Assembly (NCBI GenBank): GCA_044221725.1
Contig: JBGAON010000004.1
Span: 128,001-192,000 of the forward strand
Length of the DNA: 64,000 nucleotides
Direction: 5' to 3'
Origin: Elusimicrobiota bacterium
GTDB lineage: Bacteria; Elusimicrobiota; Elusimicrobia; F11
The translations under genes and the position numbers were made by a program. Numbering within the stretch: position 1 is the stretch's first letter; the number at the start of each line of letters is the position of its first letter. Below the pieces are notes generated by a model that worked only from the letters and a program-made list of their open reading frames with translations, was not told where the DNA came from and ran no database searches. Of the stretch, positions 55,423 through 64,000 are shown in pieces.

Positions 55423-57270
55423 TTAAGGTGGATTATTCCCAAGGGAAATTGGTTCGAAGTAGATTTGCGGGGCGGAGCGCGTCCACCAACTGCCGGTGGC
55501 GCGCTTTTCGGCGAGGGTTGAAAAGCGGTATTCGTATATGACGGCGCGCACGTAATGGGGCGGTTCTTTTGGGAAAGGGTTCGTGGCTAGCAGATTGAGC
55601 GCCGGTTCGGATCCCTGCATAATGCGCACGGCGAGATTCATGAGCCACGGGTTTTCTTGGTAGGTGCCGAGCGCCGCGAACCACATTTGCCAGTCGAGTC
55701 TTGGTTGGTGCGGTGCCACAAACGCCGGACGGTGTCCAAGGGAGCCGGGTTTGTATTTAAATTCGTACGGTAACCAGGTTTGCGCATCGTTGGATCCTTC
55801 GAGAACAATTTCGTTGCGCGTCGTTGTCATCACCGCGAAAAGACCATAACCATTAACGAAATTGCACCGGTTCATTTCCATCGCCCATCGTCCCACGGTT
55901 GCCGGGTAATGTTTTCCGGGGTTAAAGTGAAGGGGACAAATCAGAGAGTTGAGAACCAGCACGAACACGACGATGGGGACGAGCACAAAGGAGGGCCAAT
56001 TCCGAGCGGGAGGTTGGGGATCGCTCGCATCCGCCACCCATGATTTGGCGTCATCCGACCAAAACGAGTCGTCCAGCAACAGAACACACAGCGCCATCGT
56101 CAATAAATTAAAGAACGCGTAATTCCCGGTTAGCGCGATAAGAATTTGAAGACCAACTTCGGCGTAAAACGCCACGTAGCGGAATCGCCGGGGAAGGAAA
56201 ATAAAGAACGGAACAATGAGCTCGCACGCCAACACAAGGAGTGTCGAGAACTTTTGAAATACGACAGGAAGATGGTGCGCAAAATATCCGATCCACGTTG
56301 GAAGCGGTTGCGTTTGGTAGTGATAGGTGAGTGCGGTGAGGTCGCGCCACGCCGCGTCACCACGCTCGATCTTGAGCAAGCCCGACATGAAAAGAAGCTT
56401 GAATAAAAGGAGTTGCAACAAAAACACGGGCCATGCGTGGGGGGCATGCGCACGTTGCGAACGGATAGAAACGGACATCGGCGCGAGGAAAATGGCGAGA
56501 AATCCGGTTTCGAGCAACAGAAGGTCCCACTGAAAACTTAAGAAGGGTGTGCCGAGCGTGACGAAAGATAGATAAATCGCCCACGCGGTCGCGAGCGCGA
56601 TCGTCGAGAAAAAGCCGCTAATAATAAGGATGGACGCCGCTACGCCAACGCCGCACGCCACATGAAGAGCTGTGTCCGAAACCGAAAACCAAAATAATGT
56701 TGGCAAGCCGAAATAAACTTTCCCGAAACGCTCGGAGACCAGCTGAAGTTGCGCGGCAAAAGGCGTGATGCCCCGAGAGCCAAACAGACCATCCACTTGC
56801 ACCCAGAGCGACACAAACGCAGCGAGATAAATAAACCCGAGCGCGCGCAAAAAAATCCACCGCGCCATCAAATAGGTCGGTGGATTTATTTCGCCGCCCC
56901 ACGCGAGACGTGTGAGTTTTGAAAAAAACGGACGGTTGCGTGCCACACGCCTATAGAACCATTCGCAAACGTGTTTCATAAGAGGAACGCGCTCGTATAT
57001 CCACAGTGGCCAGCCAAACCGTTTGGCTGTTGCGAGCGCACGGAAAGCCGCTTCGGCGCCCGCGACGTGCGTCCCGTCGGGGAGGATCAGCTGAACAGCT
57101 TTTGTGAAGGCGTCGAGGGGGATCTCAGGAAATTTTTCGCCTTCTATTTGATACGGGCTATAAGTAACTGCGTCACCGGTCCGCCGGCGCCAACGCAAGA
57201 CCCAGTATCGGCAGAAATGGCAATCGCCATCAAATATCAGGAGAGGCTTGGCCGGTGGATTTTTTATCAC
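55423..57270 (-). CDS. Lipase maturation factor family protein with N-terminal DCC (DUF393) domain
   Basis: FDGDCHFC; FLR.LG.IYL.AF, FQWD.LLLE.GF, HYQTQPLP, PHQPRLDWQMWF. Confidence 0.92.
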   Translation of the reverse strand: MIKNPPAKPLLIFDGDCHFCRYWVLRWRRRTGDAVTYSPYQIEGEKFPEIPLDAFTKAVQLILPDGTHVAGAEAAFRALATAKRFGWPLWIYERVPLMKHVCEWFYRRVARNRPFFSKLTRLAWGGEINPPTYLMARWIFLRALGFIYLAAFVSLWVQVDGLFGSRGITPFAAQLQLVSERFGKVYFGLPTLFWFSVSDTALHVACGVGVAASILIISGFFSTIALATAWAIYLSFVTLGTPFLSFQWDLLLLETGFLAIFLAPMSVSIRSQRAHAPHAWPVFLLQLLLFKLLFMSGLLKIERGDAAWRDLTALTYHYQTQPLPTWIGYFAHHLPVVFQKFSTLLVLACELIVPFFIFLPRRFRYVAFYAEVGLQILIALTGNYAFFNLLTMALCVLLLDDSFWSDDAKSWVADASDPQPPARNWPSFVLVPIVVFVLVLNSLICPLHFNPGKHYPATVGRWAMEMNRCNFVNGYGLFAVMTTTRNEIVLEGSNDAQTWLPYEFKYKPGSLGHRPAFVAPHQPRLDWQMWFAALGTYQENPWLMNLAVRIMQGSEPALNLLATNPFPKEPPHYVRAVIYEYRFSTLAEKRATGSWWTRSAPQIYFEPISLGNNPP

Positions 57271-57292
57271 GGGCGGGATCGTGGCGCCCAGT

Positions 57293-58303
57293 TTAGAACT
57301 TCAGTTGAAACAGCGGTTTGCTCGGTTCGCGGCGAGCGAGCTCATCAACTCGGTATTGTGCCGGCACACGCTCCCAGTCGGAATACACCTGGCCGTTAAC
57401 CCAGTAGCGTTGGCCCGGAGCGTTCGGTTCGTCGCCGTCGTAAAAAATGGAGTATTCGTTCGACGGAGGCGCGGTGCCGATGTGGCGCGTGCGTGGAATC
57501 AGCTCCATTTTGCCGTCGCCATCAACATCAGCGCGAATCCAATCCATTTGCAACATTTGGTTGTACGTGCCATCGCTGAGCATTTGTTTCAGCTCAGCAT
57601 TGAAGTCTGTAAGAATTTTCGTCGCGTTCGGAACGTTCTTCCTCAGCGCAAAATAAAGCAGGCGTCGAACCAGTGGCGTCCGGCCGATTTCAAGCTTCGC
57701 TTTCGTTTCGCCGCCTTGGTTCTTGAGCAGATACTGAAGCAGCAGGTCGTCAATGAGAATGTAGTCGAGTTCACCCCGCATCATTTTGTCGAGATTCGTC
57801 TGTTGGTCGGCGCCCGCAACGAACTGCGTATCTTTCGCTTTTTTCATTTCTTCGCCGTACGAATACCCGGTCACAATGCCCACGCGTTTTCCTTTGAGTT
57901 CGGTAAGGCTTTTCGCGCGAACGTCGCTGCCGCGCTTTCCGACCAGCACCAGGCGGTTTTCCAACAAAGGCGCTGAATATTCCAGGTAGGTTTCGCGGTC
58001 CGTATCACGCCACAACGCGGGGCTTCCATCAAAATTTCCGTCTTTGATTTGTTGGGTGAGCGTTCCGTCGGTGACGATCGTGACAGTTTCAAAAACCCGA
58101 ATCCGCCGCAGGGCTTCGTTAACAAGGTCGATGACAATTCGCGGCTCTCCGGCCTTGCCGGTGAAGGGTGGCCACGGTGTCGAACCGAGCTTCAGTGTGG
58201 TGTTGGCCGCGAAGCTTTGAACACAAACAGCGATCGTCGCTGCGAAGCAAAATATTCGTCTCAAGAAACCTCCCGCATTGCCATAAAATTTCTCCTGCGC
58301 CAT
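57293..58303 (-). CDS. Family 3 substrate-binding protein with C-terminal extension
   Basis: WPPF, LKGKRVG...GYSY, L..M..DGTY; orphan gene. Confidence 0.82.
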   Translation of the reverse strand: MAQEKFYGNAGGFLRRIFCFAATIAVCVQSFAANTTLKLGSTPWPPFTGKAGEPRIVIDLVNEALRRIRVFETVTIVTDGTLTQQIKDGNFDGSPALWRDTDRETYLEYSAPLLENRLVLVGKRGSDVRAKSLTELKGKRVGIVTGYSYGEEMKKAKDTQFVAGADQQTNLDKMMRGELDYILIDDLLLQYLLKNQGGETKAKLEIGRTPLVRRLLYFALRKNVPNATKILTDFNAELKQMLSDGTYNQMLQMDWIRADVDGDGKMELIPRTRHIGTAPPSNEYSIFYDGDEPNAPGQRYWVNGQVYSDWERVPAQYRVDELARREPSKPLFQLKF

Positions 58304-58324
58304 TATATCAGCGGCGGCGCAAAC

Positions 58325-58365
58325 AAAAAAAAGGAGGCCGGCCCCTTGCGGGGGCTCGGCCTCCT
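58325..58365 (-). terminator. Intrinsic terminator after hsp20
   Basis: aggaggccggcccc-ttgc-ggggctcggcctcct with U-tract on minus strand. Confidence 0.85.
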
Positions 58366-58381
58366 CGTTTTGCAACGAGAC

Positions 58382-58861
58382 TTAGTTTTCTTTGACGTTA
58401 ATCGCGATTTGTTTTGGCTTCGCTTCTTCTTTTTTTGGAAGCGTTAACGTCAACACGCCGTTTTTGTACGAGGCGTCGACTTTCGTCGAATCCACGGTGG
58501 TCGGCAACGTGACCGCACGGTAGAAACTTCCGTACGACCGTTCGGTGCGCAGCACGCCATCTTCGTCGGATTTTTCCTCACGCTTCTTTTCGCCTTTGAT
58601 CACGAGCGTGTTGCCGTCGACCGAGACGTTCAGGTCTTTGCGGTCGATGCCCGGCACTTCGGTGGTGATCTTGAGGCCGTCTTTTGTATCAGCGATATCC
58701 ATTGCCGGCACAAGCGCGACACCGTCCGATCCCTCCGGAAGTTCTCCGTTCCATCGGCCCAACGAGAAATTAAAGAGCTTGTTCATTTCGTTCTGAAGCG
58801 CCTCCATTTCTCGGAAGGGAGCCCACGTATTTCGTTGCGATTTCCACGGTATGATGTTCAT
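58382..58861 (-). CDS. Hsp20/alpha-crystallin small heat-shock protein
   Basis: P.MDI, PGI, ERSYGSF.R.V.LP, A.YKNGVL.LTLPK. Confidence 0.95.
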   Translation of the reverse strand: MNIIPWKSQRNTWAPFREMEALQNEMNKLFNFSLGRWNGELPEGSDGVALVPAMDIADTKDGLKITTEVPGIDRKDLNVSVDGNTLVIKGEKKREEKSDEDGVLRTERSYGSFYRAVTLPTTVDSTKVDASYKNGVLTLTLPKKEEAKPKQIAINVKEN

Positions 58862-58923
58862 ACTCTTTTCCTCCTTTTTTGGCGCTCGCCTTTCGCGAGC
58901 GCTAATTTTTCAGCAAAAAAAAT

Positions 58924-59220
58924 CTACGACCGATGCCCCGCGCGCGTTTCTTGTTGAATTTCGAGCACGACGCGCAGATGCCCAATAGTAACCCTCCGTT
59001 TTTGCATGAGGTTCCAAACATGGTTGAGTCGATTCAAATCTTGTTTCGAATAAAGCCGATCGGCGCCACGCTTCCGAATGGGGCGCACGATTCCTTCGGT
59101 GTCCAGTTCTTTAACCACCCACAGCGGAATTTTAATCAGCCGACACACGACCCCGGTCGGGAACACCGGTTCATCCATTTCGATTTCTACATCATCCAAT
59201 GTCAGGCCTTTATTCCACAT
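58924..59220 (-). CDS. MerR-family regulator (HspR-like)
   Basis: DEPVF..GVV, EGIV.P.R....RLYS..DL; upstream of hsp20. Confidence 0.75.
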   Translation of the reverse strand: MWNKGLTLDDVEIEMDEPVFPTGVVCRLIKIPLWVVKELDTEGIVRPIRKRGADRLYSKQDLNRLNHVWNLMQKRRVTIGHLRVVLEIQQETRAGHRS

Positions 59221-59242
59221 AGGTTTCTTTCCTTGTGGCCGC

Positions 59243-59271
59243 AGTATAACCGTAACAGGTCACGTTGTCAA
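59243..59271 (-). promoter_or_regulatory. Near-consensus sigma70 promoter with dyad in spacer
   Basis: TTGACA-N17-TATACT; cgtgac-ct-gttacg imperfect palindrome. Confidence 0.8.
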
Positions 59272-59402
59272 CGATAAAAATACATAAATACTCCCATTAT
59301 AGGAGTAACGCCGCAGATCGACCGCTCGATTTATCGATGAATTTAACTTCGTCGTATTCGAAGCAGCGATCCATGAAGTATTGTTATTTCATGGCACGTT
59401 TC

Positions 59403-59780
59403 TTATTTCTTCTCGAAATCGGTGAGGTCAAAGATTTGGCGGATTTCGATGATATCGCCGGGTTCGGCCGGGCATTTTTGCGCCCACTTCACGAGCTCTT
59501 CTTTGGATTTTGCTTCGACCATCCAATAGCCGCCGAGCACTTCATTCGCTTCAATAAATGGACCATCGGTTACCGTCGGTTTCCCGGTTTTTTTATCGAA
59601 CGACACGCGCGCTCCAGCGCTGAGCGGCTTAAGGCCATTCAACGATTCAATTTTGACGGATTTGCCCATCTCTTCATTAAAGCGCCCCATTGGCTCGATA
59701 TCCTCTAATTTTGGCGCGAAATTAGGGTCCACTTTTTTTCCTTGGTAAACACTTGGAATCATCAACATCATGAATTTCAT
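59403..59780 (-). CDS. YciI family protein
   Basis: GL.P...GARV.F, VTDGPF.E..EVLGGYW, W...CP, IEIRQ. Confidence 0.9.
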   Translation of the reverse strand: MKFMMLMIPSVYQGKKVDPNFAPKLEDIEPMGRFNEEMGKSVKIESLNGLKPLSAGARVSFDKKTGKPTVTDGPFIEANEVLGGYWMVEAKSKEELVKWAQKCPAEPGDIIEIRQIFDLTDFEKK

Positions 59781-59965
59781 ATCTGTTCTCCTTTCATTTT
59801 ATTACCACTCTATTACGAACGCATCTTTCAATAGTCGTTTGGCGAGGCCTAATTTCGATAGACAAAAAATTATTTTTGAGTTCTCTTTGGCCAGCACGCG
59901 TGGAGATTCACGGCGGTAGATTTCATCGATGTTGGTTGGATCGGTGCGGGATGGTCTGTCGTTTG

Positions 59966-62900
59966 TTACCAAACGACGCCGATTTTTAGACGCTCACGAA
60001 CGCCAGACTTGGACTTCAAATCGCCGAAGTAAATACCGTTTGCCACACGCTCGCCATTGTCATTTCGCCCGTCCCACTTTGGTTCTTTAAGAGTTGCAAC
60101 TTTTACTCCGGTGCGGGTGTAGATGGCCGCGCTGTCGATATCGATGTTCTCAAAAAGAACGTACGGATCGTTTGGACCTTTTGGATTTGGAACCGCGCGC
60201 ACGTGCCCGTCCGTCCCTCCCGCCAAGTTCTGCGTGGTCACAACATGAGGATAAGACGGGGAAACGCTCGGAAGATAATTTGTATCTCCCGCGTAACTTG
60301 CATTTAAAGAATGAGCGCCTGGCGTAAGATCTTGCACCGTGATCGTAGCGGCGCCGTTCAAAATCGCACTTGTTCCCAACACACGGCTTCCATCTTTGAA
60401 CGTCACAAGCCCCGTGGCCGGTTGTGTTACAGCGGCGTTCAGCGTAACAACGGCCCTATATTGCGATGGGTTCGGATTGGATGTCAGTGTGATCAAGCTT
60501 GGTGACCGACCCACGGATCCGGTCAACACAATATTTTCCGGGCCGGTTGTTGTGTAGGGCCCCTGGCCGTAGACGTACACGCGAAACGTGATCGGAGATT
60601 TTGATGCTTGCAGTTCTTTTGCTGAGAGGAGGCTTGTTGTCGCCGTCAGGTTTGGCGACGGCGATGCCGCTGCAAAATCAAAAACAAGATCTGGAGCGGT
60701 CGTGTTAAACGGAGCTCCCTCCACACTATGCGCGACAACCGCGTATCCTTTTCCGTCCTGAGCATAAGCGCGCATGGTTAAACTTGAGATCGATACCGGA
60801 ACATTATTTTGCGGACCCACCGAAAATTCCACATACCGAGCGTTTGCGACGGCTCCAGCTAACGTTGCATCGTACAGGTTTCTATCGGGCGTTGAGGCGT
60901 ACCGTCCGACGCCGAGAACATCCGTTCCGGGTTGCAATCCCGAGCCGCGGCTCAATAAGCCGGGAGCGATCGTCGGCGAATAGACGGAGGGGGATACGTT
61001 TTCAATTCCTAAAGTCACGTATCCCGACAAATCCCACTGAACGAGAATCCCATCATCACCGGGATCGAGACAATTGACGGACCGTGTGTTCGATGGAAGA
61101 CTTTCTGCTTTGTCGTTATAGGCCGTGACGGTAAACATGTAAATTTTCCCGGACGACAGCCCGCTAACACTACGCGAGAGATTCGGGCCACAGTCGGTCA
61201 CCACAATTTTGTCGTCCACGACCATTCGAAGATGATATCCCGTTGCTCCACTGACGTTTGTCCACGAGAGGTTAAATGAAGATCCGGACTGCGTAATGTC
61301 GTTAAGATAAGGGGACGCGGGAGCGTCCGGCATCGAGGCGATCATCGAGACGATTTGAAAACCATTCGGTGAAAGTCCTCGGATGCGGACAGTGTGAAGA
61401 CCGGCGGTAAGCATTGTGGTGCCGGCCAGCGAATCGATTTCCGCAAGCGGAGACTTTGTGATGAGCAAGTGGCTACCGTCCACCGAGAGTTCCGCCGATC
61501 CTCCGGCGCCGCGCGTATTTAATGTGAGCGTGTAAGTACCCGTGCGCGGAACAATGATGTTCCAAGAAATCCATCCGCCGGGTTGAGAAATTCCTCCGGA
61601 TCCAGCGCCCGACGACGTTGTGGAGTTGCCAAACGAAAGCGCGGATGGAATCAAATGGCCGTTCGTGGGCGCCGGCGGTAAAGAGTCAAAGCTCTGGTCG
61701 ATGCCTTGTGTAATCGGATAGCGCGAAATGTCGAGGAGTCCCTGATTCGCCGTGAAGTCCGCCCAACTTGGCCACTGGGCGTAGGTTCCGAGCACGGTCA
61801 CTTCTCCGCCGGCGCGGGAGAACATATCAAGCGAACGCGATTGCGCGTCGGCGGCTCGTGCATCGTTGTATTTCACGGCCGTTTGCAATGGAGATCCGCC
61901 ATCGTCGCCCCCAAGAGACCAACCTCCTTCGTAGGTCAGTGTTTCAAGTCCATAGCTCTTTGCCCAGCTCACTTCCGTATTAATCATGTTCTGATAATTG
62001 AGGCCGGCCGGCTGGCCGGCGGCTTCGCCGCCGCCCGGAATTCCACCTGCGAAAATCGCGTCGGCACTGGTGATGCGCACTTCGCCGATGTAAACGGTTT
62101 GACCGGTGAGCGACGGATTTCCAAGGTTGCCTTGGCCTCGAATCGTAATTGTGTGCGTGGACCCAGGAGTTGCCTGGAATGTTTTCGTCGCGTAATAATC
62201 GGACCACGTCCAAGCGACAATCCGCGACCGCCAAGGAACGTTCGAATCGTAGGCCGGGGGCGTGTATCCATCCCCTTGGCTGTAACTGCGCGAGGTAATG
62301 TCCGTGTTGTCATCGAGATAAACGCGAACATTTTCCATCTGGCCCGCATGGTTTAGCGCTTTGAAGCTCACCGCATACACATTCGATGTTTGATTTGCAG
62401 GAATGGTAAAGCTGGCCTTAATCTCTCCGCGATCTTTTAGATACGCGTATTGCGGACCCCAAGTGATGCCGGCGTTCCACGGGGCATCTTTTCCGCCAAC
62501 GACCGCGTCATCGTCGTAAGGCGCCGGCATTCCTGCCGGCGGGTTGATCGGGTTGCTCAATCGAAAAATTCCGGCGGCGCTCGTCCCGTCGGTAGGGACT
62601 TTAAAACTCCAAACCGGATTTGAAGGCGACGCATTGAAGCCGGCGGAGACTGTTGTGGCATTGAACGTGGGATCCCGAAGGATAGTTGTGAGCCCGTTTC
62701 CGTTTGCGGCGCCGTAATACGTCGCGCCGCCTCCTCCCCAAAAAAAATGGTTGATGGGATATGGTGTCGATACGTGCTGTGTGCCATCCGCATTATTGAA
62801 ATAATGCTCCATGAAATCGAACGGTGGGATAATTGTGCCGGTGTTTGTGTATTGCCATTCAACCAGCGGTCGAACCGTTGACATCATTTTGTCGTCGCCA

Positions 62901-64000
62901 TACACCGCACGGAAAGTGTCTGAATGGTCTTTTGTGCGGAGCGCCACAAAACGGAGACGCCACGTGTTTATGCTGTCGTACGCACCGCGATCTTTCTTCC
63001 CGATGCCTCCGCCGCTAATCGAATAACTGTTCGCATCACCGCGAGGCAAGTCTTTGAAAACGTATGTTCCAGCGCCGTTCGCGGTTCCGGTCTTGTTGAT
63101 GGTTGCACCGTCGATTGATTTCCCCGAAAGCGTCAGAGTGCTTCCCGGGGTTGCTCCCTCGACGGAGACTTGAACCGTTAATGGTTGGTTGTCATAGTTA
63201 ATCGCCTGATAGGTGCTGTCCTTCGCATCAACATGTTCAGCCACGAGCGAATTGATACCTTGCCAATCGATCCAGAAAGGGTTGCCCCAGTTCCACAATT
63301 CATTTGCAATTTCGAAATACACACGCAAGTTCGAATTCAATGGGGGGAAAACCGGGTTCGTTTGTGGGCTTGTGTAGGGATTTACACCGTCCGAACCGTA
63401 ACGCAAAAGGTTTGCCAATTTTGAAGTGTAATCATTGGACGCGTCGGTCGGAATAGACAACATAATATCGCGTCCGGTTTCATTTGCGGCCATCACTTTA
63501 TATTCCCAGCTGGGCCCGTTCGGTTGCGCAATCGCTTGTGGATTGTTGGAGTCCCAGTTCCACGAAAGCGGTGTTCCGTCGCTGGTGGTAAGTCTACCGT
63601 TGCTCATTTTTCCAGAGCTCTGATTGAAAAATGTCGGCAGCGTGCGATCGGCCCATTCGTGTTCGAGATTCGCCACCAACTGGTAACGCAGAGTCGTGAA
63701 ATGACTCAACGCGTTTCGTTGATGCGACGTGAAGATCGTATCTTCGCCGTAAGTCGCCGTCGAATCGGGAGCGATGGGTCGCATTAATTTCAGATCCGTA
63801 AGGCCGCCCGGTCCCGTGGGTTGACCGTCTCGATGAGAATTCACGAATCGGATCGCACTCGCATTGACGTTCTTATCCACCGTTTGGAAAGAGCCGGTCG
63901 TGGTGTTGTTGCTCGAATTGTAAGAATACGCCAGCGACGCTCCGTTCAGATTTCCGGACAATGACACGTTCGCTTTTCCCTTGAATGAGAAACGAATCGT
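59966..64000 (-). CDS. Large secreted modular protein (GH-like core, CBM-like, FN3, Big_3 Ig, FlgD/T9SS-like C-term); 5' end outside window
   Basis: Frame open to window edge; YFEIANELWN, YEGG; FN3 LSW...TAYN..ES..S; VTFKDG...LG...H.L.ASY.GD.NY; PNP...WDGRNDNGERVANGIYF. Confidence 0.8.
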   Translation of the reverse strand, partial: TIRFSFKGKANVSLSGNLNGASLAYSYNSSNNTTTGSFQTVDKNVNASAIRFVNSHRDGQPTGPGGLTDLKLMRPIAPDSTATYGEDTIFTSHQRNALSHFTTLRYQLVANLEHEWADRTLPTFFNQSSGKMSNGRLTTSDGTPLSWNWDSNNPQAIAQPNGPSWEYKVMAANETGRDIMLSIPTDASNDYTSKLANLLRYGSDGVNPYTSPQTNPVFPPLNSNLRVYFEIANELWNWGNPFWIDWQGINSLVAEHVDAKDSTYQAINYDNQPLTVQVSVEGATPGSTLTLSGKSIDGATINKTGTANGAGTYVFKDLPRGDANSYSISGGGIGKKDRGAYDSINTWRLRFVALRTKDHSDTFRAVYGDDKMMSTVRPLVEWQYTNTGTIIPPFDFMEHYFNNADGTQHVSTPYPINHFFWGGGGATYYGAANGNGLTTILRDPTFNATTVSAGFNASPSNPVWSFKVPTDGTSAAGIFRLSNPINPPAGMPAPYDDDAVVGGKDAPWNAGITWGPQYAYLKDRGEIKASFTIPANQTSNVYAVSFKALNHAGQMENVRVYLDDNTDITSRSYSQGDGYTPPAYDSNVPWRSRIVAWTWSDYYATKTFQATPGSTHTITIRGQGNLGNPSLTGQTVYIGEVRITSADAIFAGGIPGGGEAAGQPAGLNYQNMINTEVSWAKSYGLETLTYEGGWSLGGDDGGSPLQTAVKYNDARAADAQSRSLDMFSRAGGEVTVLGTYAQWPSWADFTANQGLLDISRYPITQGIDQSFDSLPPAPTNGHLIPSALSFGNSTTSSGAGSGGISQPGGWISWNIIVPRTGTYTLTLNTRGAGGSAELSVDGSHLLITKSPLAEIDSLAGTTMLTAGLHTVRIRGLSPNGFQIVSMIASMPDAPASPYLNDITQSGSSFNLSWTNVSGATGYHLRMVVDDKIVVTDCGPNLSRSVSGLSSGKIYMFTVTAYNDKAESLPSNTRSVNCLDPGDDGILVQWDLSGYVTLGIENVSPSVYSPTIAPGLLSRGSGLQPGTDVLGVGRYASTPDRNLYDATLAGAVANARYVEFSVGPQNNVPVSISSLTMRAYAQDGKGYAVVAHSVEGAPFNTTAPDLVFDFAAASPSPNLTATTSLLSAKELQASKSPITFRVYVYGQGPYTTTGPENIVLTGSVGRSPSLITLTSNPNPSQYRAVVTLNAAVTQPATGLVTFKDGSRVLGTSAILNGAATITVQDLTPGAHSLNASYAGDTNYLPSVSPSYPHVVTTQNLAGGTDGHVRAVPNPKGPNDPYVLFENIDIDSAAIYTRTGVKVATLKEPKWDGRNDNGERVANGIYFGDLKSKSGVRERLKIGVVW

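Noticed and set aside
59289..59307. tactcc-N7-ggagta dyad upstream of the heat-shock promoter
   Set aside because: Only 6-bp arms; not CIRCE or HAIR; may be chance.

Overview
Bacterial chromosomal window. The lineage is not provable from sequence; a C-terminal FlgD/T9SS-like sorting domain plus an archaeal-type topo VI hint at Elusimicrobiota or similar. 1-8.5 kb: end of a glycosylation cluster (GT4, GT2, GT39-like, methyltransferase, O-antigen-ligase/TPR, PMI). 8.5-21 kb: CNNM-PTS EIIA fusion, degP/ECF sigma/anti-sigma/RseB operon, TolC-HlyD-ABC exporter, ArnT-like. 21-42 kb: stress and housekeeping genes, several preceded by one AAC-N16-CGTA ECF-type promoter. 42.3-47.9 kb: integron cassette array with a candidate attI, five full-length attC (one core-mutated) and one half attC but no integrase nearby; it carries two inverted ORF6N cassettes, a BrnT/BrnA-like TA and an IS1182 remnant cut by an IS3. 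50.5-55 kb: wHTH-HATPase + STAS (DUF4325) module under a perfect 15-bp-arm palindrome, KTSC, top6AB, and a candidate ~210-nt structured RNA with a 13-aa ORF. 55-64 kb: DCC-LMF, SBP, hspR-like/hsp20, YciI and a large secreted modular protein. Two different REP-like palindrome families appear to have been recruited in frame into signal peptides.
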